Part shown: piece after piece, positions 1 to 7,940 of the stretch
How positions within the stretch are numbered: position 1 is the stretch's first letter
How the letters are laid out: each line of letters opens with the position of its first letter
Sequence record: SRR31156797_6143
Reading direction: 5' to 3' (one strand)
Length of the DNA: 44,399 nucleotides
Notes under the pieces: generated by a model
What the model was told of the DNA's origin: nothing
The model's input: the letters and a program-made list of their open reading frames with translations, nothing else
Databases searched by the model: none
Made by a program: the position numbers and the translations under genes

Positions 1-42
1 GTTTTTTATTCGTGCGTCAGTACTGACCTTAGGTTGTTTATA

Positions 43-71
43 TTGACTATAAAATTTAATGATTTTAAAAT
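43..71 (+). promoter_or_regulatory. sigma70-type promoter upstream of the first CDS
   Basis: TTGACT (43-48), 17-bp spacer, TAAAAT (66-71) in an AT-rich leader; perfect 12-bp palindrome GTCAGTACTGAC at 16-27 just upstream. Confidence 0.55.
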
Positions 72-162
72 AGCTCTTTTTTTTATATGATTGTATGCAT
101 TTACCCGATTAAATTGAATGCCACTACGGTTGGGTGAAATTCCCGCACATTGGAGAACCAAA

Positions 163-2454
163 TTGAATGAGATATCAAGAAAGGGCTTGGTACTGGACGA
201 TGAGGCCCAGAAACTCTTTGATCAAATCGGGGGTATAGACAAGCGCGAGCGCGGTCACGGTGCGTCCGGCATGGGGGAAGGGATTTCCTCGGATCCTCTG
301 GGTGAAGAACAGGCTCTGATGGATTTATGGCGCATTGTTCTGGTGGACTTTGTGTATGTTCTGGCCCAGTTCCTTTCCAAAATCAAATTACACGGTGTAA
401 AGTCGGTCAGGGCTGAAGATGTGGCGCCCATAATAGATATGCTGACCAGAATTCATGAATTGAGCGACCGGAACGGCAAGGTTCTCATCCGTTATCGCGG
501 TATGAGACTGCCCGATGAAAAAATCGATTTTGAGAGTGTGGATTATGTGGTCGCCTGTGAAGGGTTTTCGGTTGATATCCCCATCATAAAGGCGCTTGCA
601 AACCGTAAAGGCATTGCCATGAGCCATCTGCCGGGTAAACTGAAGGCCGCCTTTGATCGCTTTCCTTCCATGGACATCCATTCCATCTGTTTTAACCTGG
701 GAAAATGGCAGCAGCGAGATCGGGATTCAATGTGGATTGCCCTTCAGGCTGCCGGACAATTTTTCGGCGAATACAAGGGCAAAATACCGCTTAAAGGCGA
801 TGGGACCGCGGAAGAGTCCTTTTTTTCCATGGTTTATAATGATGAGGGCGAACCCGATGCGAACCTGACGCTTCTGGCCGCTGTCAATGGACTCAAGGCC
901 GGCGACATACAGGGGTTGGTTCAAAAGTTTCGTGGATTGATGAAACAACCGGAAGCAATGGATGCGCTGGAACAGTATGTCAGCACGTATGATGCATTGT
1001 TTGCATTCAAGAATGTTCGGGAAAAATTACGGAAGCCCCCTGTTGAGATCAACAACCTGAGGCGGCTGATCGTCGGTAACCATGACGAGGTCTTTACGCC
1101 GGAAAAAAGCGAGGTCGTGCGCATGATCGCCCGGCGTTTCGGCGGTTCTCCCCGGAAACTTGCTCAGACCATCGACAGTGTATACGGAAATGACTTTTCC
1201 GCCATGACCCCGGAGAACTTGAATGCACGCCTCATGAGAGTCTCTCATTTACTGGATTCCCCGGGCAAAAATCCTTTCAGCCAAAGGGCCGAGAAGGAGA
1301 TGCTCAACAATGTGGAAAAACGACTGGGACAGGTGCGTGATGATGTTTTTGAAGCACTTGCCATCAATCAGTTTGACACCGGTGCCGGGGACCATCAAGG
1401 GGCTTCTGCTTCCCAAACCCTGTCCCAAAAACTTCGGAACATGGTGGTTTATTTTAAAAGGCGTATGCTCACCAAGAAAAAGATAAAGAAAATGGTGCAC
1501 GCCCCCATTGATTTTGATGCCCGGGACTATGAGTCCATTGCCAGGGATTTTAATATATCCATCGAGGAAGCAAAGGCGTTTTTAGAACTGCTGAAAGGAT
1601 GTTTTGACGGGGCGGGCAATTTCTTGAGAAATGCGTTTGATCGAAATATCCCTCACATGGCAACATACGGGGTGAAGGTTTTTGGATTTTTGTGGCACTA
1701 TCTCAAGGAGACCCTGAGCCGCAAGGACCGGGTTGCTTTCCTGAATTCCCTCCAGTCCCTGATTTCAGAGATGCAGCAATCACCGGCAGCCCTGGCGCTT
1801 TTGCTGAAGGATTTTTGTCGTACGCCCGGCGAAGTGCTCTTTTCGGATCGGAACGGCCTGATCCTGGCCAATGTATTGCTTCGTAAATACAACAAGGAGA
1901 TTCACAACGATATCGAGATTACCCCTGAAGAAGTACTGCTGGTCAGGGAAGGTTTGAGTCCGGAAGCGGTAAAGGCTGCGGGGGACGTCATCGATATCCA
2001 GACGGATGCCTTCTTCCAGAAGATCAGAACCATTCACGGGGAACTTCTGAAAAAATTCCGGATGGATGGAGGAGATGGCGCCTTACCGCTGCGATTTCTG
2101 CTGTCCCTGGAGCGGGAATGCTACATATTTCTGTCTCTGATCGGAAGGCCTCCCGGCCACACCGTTATCAAGAGTGCTGTAAAGACCTACGGCAATCCCG
2201 GATCGGAAATCTACCGCAAGAAAAGAGGGAAAGGGTTTGAAGAGGCCTGTTTGAAGCATCTTCGTGTTGCTGTTCGAGGGTTATCCCGCTATGAAGACAA
2301 AAACGACCTTTCTCTTTTGATGCATGTCAGAAATATGGAAAAGGCATTTTTGGCCATCAGGAAAGATCAGGCTTTCAGGGATTCGGTTCAAAAAGCCATG
2401 CAGTGGCTTGATTTGGCCATCGATGCCGTTTCGGGACGTGCCCCTACAGCCTGA
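163..2454 (+). CDS. large conserved-type hypothetical protein (~760 aa, apparently soluble and helical)
   Basis: 778-codon ORF from 118; in-frame TTG at 163 has GGAG 7 nt upstream and is the preferred start; no family motif recognised. Confidence 0.8.
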   Translation: MNEISRKGLVLDDEAQKLFDQIGGIDKRERGHGASGMGEGISSDPLGEEQALMDLWRIVLVDFVYVLAQFLSKIKLHGVKSVRAEDVAPIIDMLTRIHELSDRNGKVLIRYRGMRLPDEKIDFESVDYVVACEGFSVDIPIIKALANRKGIAMSHLPGKLKAAFDRFPSMDIHSICFNLGKWQQRDRDSMWIALQAAGQFFGEYKGKIPLKGDGTAEESFFSMVYNDEGEPDANLTLLAAVNGLKAGDIQGLVQKFRGLMKQPEAMDALEQYVSTYDALFAFKNVREKLRKPPVEINNLRRLIVGNHDEVFTPEKSEVVRMIARRFGGSPRKLAQTIDSVYGNDFSAMTPENLNARLMRVSHLLDSPGKNPFSQRAEKEMLNNVEKRLGQVRDDVFEALAINQFDTGAGDHQGASASQTLSQKLRNMVVYFKRRMLTKKKIKKMVHAPIDFDARDYESIARDFNISIEEAKAFLELLKGCFDGAGNFLRNAFDRNIPHMATYGVKVFGFLWHYLKETLSRKDRVAFLNSLQSLISEMQQSPAALALLLKDFCRTPGEVLFSDRNGLILANVLLRKYNKEIHNDIEITPEEVLLVREGLSPEAVKAAGDVIDIQTDAFFQKIRTIHGELLKKFRMDGGDGALPLRFLLSLERECYIFLSLIGRPPGHTVIKSAVKTYGNPGSEIYRKKRGKGFEEACLKHLRVAVRGLSRYEDKNDLSLLMHVRNMEKAFLAIRKDQAFRDSVQKAMQWLDLAIDAVSGRAPTA

Positions 2455-2469
2455 TCACCGTACCCGTAG

Positions 2470-4695
2470 TTACTTTGTGCGCTTGAGCAGCCGTGCGACC
2501 CTTGCCAGGAACCGTTTTCGAGCAATGGGCTTGGTGAGATAGTCATCGGCCCCCGCATCCAGACCTTCCAACTCAGATTCTTCCTCATCCCTTGCCGTCA
2601 GCATCATAATGGGGATAGAGCGGGTGGATATCTGGCTCTTGAGCTTTTTGATGAGCAAGACGCCATCCATTTCAGGCATTTCATAGTCGGTGACGATAAT
2701 GTCGGGGTTTTCCGTTGACGCCAGCTTCAAGGCCTCCAAACCGTTTTCCGCCGTGATGACGAGATAATCCTCGGATTCCAACAAATGTCGGAGCAGTTTC
2801 AGCACAACGAGATTGTCATCAACCACGAGAATTCTTTTGGGACACGCGGTGGTGAGGGAGCAGGAGGATTCGTCGTTCTCCTCTTTCCATGTTAATGCTT
2901 CCTGCGCCGGAAAATCCATGGTCGCCGCATGGGAATCACCCGTGATTTCCGGTGGGGCCACGCGAAACACTTCTTCAATAGTGGTCAGGCCCTGGAGCGC
3001 TTTTTGAATTCCATCGAAGGACATCACCTGAAATCCTTCCTTTTGCGCCGCTTTTTTAAGCTTTTCGCTTGACAGATCACTGGATATGTTTTCCTTCAGT
3101 GCAGGGGTCATTAGCAACATTTCAAACAATCCGAGCCGGCCGGAATAGCCGGTATGCTGGCAGGTTTCACAGCCCTTGCCTTTCCAGAAAACCACGTCTT
3201 GTTTGTTTCCGATGTAAGGTTTGATTTCCTCCAATTGTTCCGGCGGGAGGTTGTCGGGTGCCTTGCAGGACTCGCAGATTTTTCTGACGAGCCGCTGACC
3301 GACCACGGCGATCAGCGAGGAAGATACCAGGAATGGTTCAATGCCGAGATCCATGAGTCGCACTATGGCGGAAGGTGCATCGTTGGTATGGAGCGTGGAA
3401 AAAACAAGATGCCCGGTTTGTGCGGCCTGAAAGGCGGTGATGGCCGTCTCACGATCCCTGATTTCGCCGACCATGACAATATCCGGATCCTGCCTGAGAA
3501 TGGACCGCAATCCCTTGGCGAAGGTAATTCCGGCAGAGGGGTTGATCTGAACCTGGTTTATGCCGGCCACATCAAATTCAACCGGATCCTCTACGGTAAT
3601 AATGTTGACCTCCGGGGAATTGAGCTTGTTCAAACAAGCATACAGGGTCGATGATTTTCCGGATCCGGTAGGGCCGGTTACAAGGATGATACCCTGAGGC
3701 ATTTGGATGGCACGCGTGAGGGTCTTCAGGTCCTTGTTGGAAAACCCCAGCTCTTCAGGGTTCAGTTGCGCCGTCGCCGGATTGAGGATCCGGATGGTGA
3801 CTTTTTCGCCGTAACTGGTGGGCAGAGAGGAAACCCTCAAATCAAAGATTTTCCCCCCCTGTTTCACCTGGGCCTTGCCGTCCTGGGGCTTTCTTTTGAC
3901 GGCAATATCCAAATCGGACATGATTTTGATTCGGGATGCAACCGCGGCATGGATGTTTTTATCGGCGCGCATGATTTCCCGCATAATGCCGTCCACGCGG
4001 TATCGCACCACCAGCGATTTTTCCTGAGGCTCAATATGGATATCGCTTGCTTTGAGTTTTATGGCGTCGGAGATAACGGAATTGACAAACTTGACAATGG
4101 GGGGCAGATCTCCAAGATCCTGAAGCTCTCTTAAGGGCGTCTCTTTTTCTTTTTTCCTTTCAACGACTTCAATGTCATTTTCTTCCGCACCGAATTCCAG
4201 GCCCAGGTTCACTTCCAGGCCCGGTTTCGGGTAGTACTTTTCAAGGGTCGTAACGATATCACCCGAAGGCACAACCGCTCGATCAATGGGGAGTTGCGTG
4301 TAAAAACGCAGATCCTCAAGGGCGTAGAGATCCAGTGGGTTGGCCATGGCCAGCAGGAGCCGATTACCATTCATTTTCAGCGGTATGACCGCATGTTTTT
4401 CGGCAAGCTCAGGCGTGATCAGCGCAATGATGTCTTTGGGGATATTGGTTTTGTCAATCCGGCCGTAGGGTAATTTAAGGCGTACCGCCAGGGCTTTGGC
4501 GATGACCACGTCATCGGCAACACCCATATCCACAAGCACTTCTCCCAGTTTTTTTTTGCTGGATTTCTGAGCTTTGAGAGCTTTGTTGAGGGTCTCCTTA
4601 TCGATCAAGCCTATGGTGACAAGGTATTCACCCAGCCGAAGGGTTTTTTTTGGTGACTTCGCAGGTTTTTCAGGTACGGTTTTCACATTGTTCAA
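2470..4695 (-). CDS. GspE/PilB-family secretion ATPase with N-terminal MshEN c-di-GMP motif and C-terminal response-regulator receiver domain
   Basis: RLGEYLVTIGLIDKETLNKALKAQ (MshEN); ASDIHIEP; Walker A GPTGSGKS; TVEDPVE; LRQDPDIVMVGEIRD; His box TGHLVFSTLH; CESC/CETC zinc site; C-terminal ILVVDD...DYEMPEMDG...MLTA...DDYLTKP. Confidence 0.92.
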   Translation of the reverse strand: MNNVKTVPEKPAKSPKKTLRLGEYLVTIGLIDKETLNKALKAQKSSKKKLGEVLVDMGVADDVVIAKALAVRLKLPYGRIDKTNIPKDIIALITPELAEKHAVIPLKMNGNRLLLAMANPLDLYALEDLRFYTQLPIDRAVVPSGDIVTTLEKYYPKPGLEVNLGLEFGAEENDIEVVERKKEKETPLRELQDLGDLPPIVKFVNSVISDAIKLKASDIHIEPQEKSLVVRYRVDGIMREIMRADKNIHAAVASRIKIMSDLDIAVKRKPQDGKAQVKQGGKIFDLRVSSLPTSYGEKVTIRILNPATAQLNPEELGFSNKDLKTLTRAIQMPQGIILVTGPTGSGKSSTLYACLNKLNSPEVNIITVEDPVEFDVAGINQVQINPSAGITFAKGLRSILRQDPDIVMVGEIRDRETAITAFQAAQTGHLVFSTLHTNDAPSAIVRLMDLGIEPFLVSSSLIAVVGQRLVRKICESCKAPDNLPPEQLEEIKPYIGNKQDVVFWKGKGCETCQHTGYSGRLGLFEMLLMTPALKENISSDLSSEKLKKAAQKEGFQVMSFDGIQKALQGLTTIEEVFRVAPPEITGDSHAATMDFPAQEALTWKEENDESSCSLTTACPKRILVVDDNLVVLKLLRHLLESEDYLVITAENGLEALKLASTENPDIIVTDYEMPEMDGVLLIKKLKSQISTRSIPIMMLTARDEEESELEGLDAGADDYLTKPIARKRFLARVARLLKRTK

Positions 4696-4922
4696 AACGG
4701 TGATGCTCCTGAAGTCTGACGGTTATCAAAAAAAAGATTTTGCAAACAATTGGATCGTAATATGGACTGTTTTAGGCCGAATTTCAACACAATTATTCCC
4801 CGGCTCAATGTTTCGGGAAAAGTGGTCATTCGGAGTGCCCGCAGGTTTTGCCCATGGTAGAATCTTCCCTTCTTTCAGGATTAGATTCGGCGTGTACGTT
4901 TACTAAAAAGACATTTGATCAT

Positions 4923-4952
4923 TTGACACATATTACCCTGAAATGGTATGAA
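4923..4952 (+). promoter_or_regulatory. putative sigma70 promoter of the zinc-finger/pilin gene pair
   Basis: TTGACA (4923-4928), 18-bp spacer ending TGG, TATGAA (4947-4952). Confidence 0.4.
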
Positions 4953-4999
4953 TCACAAATGTTTCAGGAAATTTATCCGAATGATAGTGAGGCTTTCCC

Positions 5000-5575
5000 A
5001 TGAAATGTGCCTATCATCCCCAGGAAGAAGCTGTCAGTAATTGTAGTATGTGCCGGCAACCCCTATGTGAGAAATGCGGGGAACAAAAAGCAGGGGAGAA
5101 CGTCCTGTGCAGCCGATGCACCGCGCTGTCGGCTGCCCGGGCTGCCGCAACCGGTGAAGATGAACGACAGGCGGAACATGAGGAAAAAAAATTCGTAGCG
5201 GCTGAGAAGAAGAAATCGCATGTGGCAATGATTGTCGTTGTCATTCTGTCCGGTATGGTCATACTGGCAAATCTTTATATGTATATGGGGCCGAATGCGC
5301 CTGAAGTGGCTCAATTCGATCCGCATGAAGCCCCTTTGGTGGCGGCTATCCTCATAAACGACGGTATTGAAGATTATGCGGCAGACCATGGGGGGCAATT
5401 TCCGGGAAAACTAACCGATTTGCTTGGGAAATACATCCCATATGAAAAGATAACGCCATCGGTATTGGACATGTTCTCCTACAGCCGTTTTTCCCCCACA
5501 TCCTATGGACTTCGGCTCAAAGACATAAATAATGAGGAATTTTCGGACATTGTTTTTGAAAAGGGGGGTAAATGA
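5000..5575 (+). CDS. B-box-like zinc-finger, single-TM membrane protein with pseudopilin-like C-terminal part
   Basis: N-terminal CAYHPQEEAVSNCSMCRQPLCEKC...CSRC; TM segment VAMIVVVILSGMVILANLY; C-terminal IEDYAADHGGQFPGKLTDL resembles the GspG/pilin helix-end motif; stop overlaps the pilin start. Confidence 0.7.
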   Translation: MKCAYHPQEEAVSNCSMCRQPLCEKCGEQKAGENVLCSRCTALSAARAAATGEDERQAEHEEKKFVAAEKKKSHVAMIVVVILSGMVILANLYMYMGPNAPEVAQFDPHEAPLVAAILINDGIEDYAADHGGQFPGKLTDLLGKYIPYEKITPSVLDMFSYSRFSPTSYGLRLKDINNEEFSDIVFEKGGK

Positions 5576-6027
5576 TGCCCAGACCGGCGGAAAAAACCGC
5601 ATCAAAGGGATTTACCCTTGTTGAGATCATGGTAAGCCTTGCCATTTTGGGTATTCTGGCATCCATTTCAATCCCCAATTACAGGATGTATAAGGATAAG
5701 GCGGAATATGCCTCCATGATGACCACACTGCGGCACCTGATGGATGGTGAGGATTTCTATTTTCTTGAAAACGGGTCTTTCTTTTCCGTCAATGTTCCCA
5801 GAGGGACGGCAAAGGAAATACCGGAACTGGCCTATAATTTTCCCGATGGTCATAAAAATAGGTACAGAATACAAGCCATCAATAATAGAAATCGCAATCG
5901 CTACGTCATAAGGGTTTTCTGCGATTTTGATTCCGACGGGAATGGAAAAAATGACAGGTTTGTGGCCATTACGGATATCAGGCGCGGTGAAGTAAGAAGA
6001 AACAGGGAGATTCGTCGGTTGCGCTAA
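5572..6027 (+). CDS. type IV prepilin (N-methylphenylalanine cleavage motif)
   Basis: KG|FTLVEIMVSLAILGILASISIPNY class III signal with Glu5 and Pro22. Confidence 0.9.
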   Translation: MMPRPAEKTASKGFTLVEIMVSLAILGILASISIPNYRMYKDKAEYASMMTTLRHLMDGEDFYFLENGSFFSVNVPRGTAKEIPELAYNFPDGHKNRYRIQAINNRNRNRYVIRVFCDFDSDGNGKNDRFVAITDIRRGEVRRNREIRRLR

Positions 6028-6039
6028 TCTGCATCCGGT

Positions 6040-7074
6040 TCAGCGGCGCCGGCATTCCAGCCCTTCATCGATCAGGTCCAGAACCCGTTGTTTTTCTTCC
6101 GGGAATCGGTACCCTTCATAATCATGGCTGAAAAGATACCCCCCCCGACGGTTTTTCCAATGGTTGCCCGCATGGTCGAAGCAGACCTTGGATGAGACAT
6201 CCAGCGTTTCCATGGTCAGTTTGAGCTCCTGAAGTTGCTCCCGGGGGGAGAGCGGTTTAATCTCCCCTTGACTAATTGCATGATGCTGCGGGGTTCCGGG
6301 CCATGGACGAAAGGGCCTGGAGCGGATGTAGTGGGGATTGATTTCATTGAGTACCCGCGCCGTGTTGAGGGCGTGGTTTTCCCAACAAGCTTTTCCGCCC
6401 ACGCCCGGCATCCAGTATTCGGAAACCTGGAATCCGGCTGTAATGGCTTTTTGACCCCCTTCGATGTGGCTTTCAGGGGTGGCGCCCTTCTTAATCATTT
6501 TCAGAACCGCTTCGTCACCGGATTCAAGCCCCAGATGCAATCGGTCCAGACCTGCTTTGCGGATGTTTTTAAGTGCCTCCGGGCTTTTCCTGGCCACGGT
6601 TTTGGCGCGGGCGTAAGAGGTAACCCTGTTGATGGACGGGAAAGTCCCTCTAAGGTATTTCAGTGCCGCCACCAGGGTTTCGGCTTTCATGATCAGGCTG
6701 TTTGCGTCCTGCAGGAATGCTGTTTTACCCCCTGACAACAACCATTGGTAGAGCATTGGAAACCCATTATGGTATTCCAGTTCCGGAACGCGCCGCATCA
6801 GTATGAGGGCCGCCTCATGGGTTATTTCACCGCTTTTTCCTGTTTTTGAAGAGAGCTTTTTCAGGTCATGGACCAGTCGGGCCATGGCATCGATATCCTC
6901 TTTGATGTCTTCCAGGGAGCGCAGCTCGAACTTCTCGTTTTTGTACATTCCGCAAAAGGTGCAACGGTTCCAGGGGCAGTTGCGGGTAAACCGCACCAGC
7001 AGAGAATCGCTGCCGCCTTCGCTGGGGGGTCGGTAAACACCGGTTTCGAAATTGTAACGCTTAGGATGTCCCAT
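6040..7074 (-). CDS. radical SAM protein of unknown substrate
   Basis: CPWNRCTFC (CxxxCxxC), YRPPSE, FLQDAN, LHLGLESGD motifs; AAGGAG RBS. Confidence 0.9.
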   Translation of the reverse strand: MGHPKRYNFETGVYRPPSEGGSDSLLVRFTRNCPWNRCTFCGMYKNEKFELRSLEDIKEDIDAMARLVHDLKKLSSKTGKSGEITHEAALILMRRVPELEYHNGFPMLYQWLLSGGKTAFLQDANSLIMKAETLVAALKYLRGTFPSINRVTSYARAKTVARKSPEALKNIRKAGLDRLHLGLESGDEAVLKMIKKGATPESHIEGGQKAITAGFQVSEYWMPGVGGKACWENHALNTARVLNEINPHYIRSRPFRPWPGTPQHHAISQGEIKPLSPREQLQELKLTMETLDVSSKVCFDHAGNHWKNRRGGYLFSHDYEGYRFPEEKQRVLDLIDEGLECRRR

Positions 7075-7097
7075 TGATTGATGCTCCTTTCCTGGCT

Positions 7098-7940
7098 TTA
7101 GATGGCAAGATTAAGAGAGTCTTCCAGCTTGATTTCCAGTTCTGCCAGGGCCAATTCGGATAGGCCGAGAGAGTGGGCTTCGGGTGTGGCCGCCAACAAA
7201 AGGGTGGGGTCATTGTGTAAACCGATACCCATTTTTTTGCAGGCATAATTGCCTAATCTCACCAGAAGCAACAGGATGTTGTCGTCTCCGCATTCTTCCT
7301 CATGGTGTTTCAGCGCTATTTCGCAATAGGCCTCGGGCAGATTCCAGTTCTTCAAAAGGGAATATCCATATTTCGCATGCATGCTATCCATCAGTTCGCC
7401 GATCAATTCAGGGGAGGGCCGGGAGGCGATCCTTCCCGAGGCCCTGATGGTATCGATGGTTGTGATCAGGAAGAGTTTTCCCACATCATGGAGAAGACCT
7501 GCAATAAATGCCTCATGGCAGAGGTCCCTCAAACCGCGTTTCATGGCGAGCCATTGGCTCCCGATGGCGCATCCCACCGAATGGGTCCAGAGTTTTTTTA
7601 AGATCTCACGCACGACGGCATCCTTTGATTGGAAGTTTTTTCCATGGGTCACGAGGGTCACGATATTGGCTATTTCCGTAATCCCTATGCGAACCATGGC
7701 ACTGTGTACCGTGGATACCTTTGTAAGGCCCTTATAAAAAGCGGAATTGGCAAGCCGTAACACCTGACTCGTGAGGGCAGGATCAGACGCGATCAGCTTT
7801 TCAATCAAACGGGTATCCGGGTCTTCCTTGCCGATCTCCTGTTGAATGCGAAGGGTGTTCCTGTCAAAAGGGAGGAGCACCGTCTTATCGTTGGTTATGA
7901 ATTCATCCGCGATTTCGATTAATGATTCGTCTTGTTTCAT
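7098..7940 (-). CDS. HDOD domain protein
   Basis: IASDPALTSQVLRLANSAFY, LWTHSVGCA, AGLLHDVGK, WNLP; ATG at 7940 overlaps the upstream TGA (ATGA). Confidence 0.9.
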   Translation of the reverse strand: MKQDESLIEIADEFITNDKTVLLPFDRNTLRIQQEIGKEDPDTRLIEKLIASDPALTSQVLRLANSAFYKGLTKVSTVHSAMVRIGITEIANIVTLVTHGKNFQSKDAVVREILKKLWTHSVGCAIGSQWLAMKRGLRDLCHEAFIAGLLHDVGKLFLITTIDTIRASGRIASRPSPELIGELMDSMHAKYGYSLLKNWNLPEAYCEIALKHHEEECGDDNILLLLVRLGNYACKKMGIGLHNDPTLLLAATPEAHSLGLSELALAELEIKLEDSLNLAI

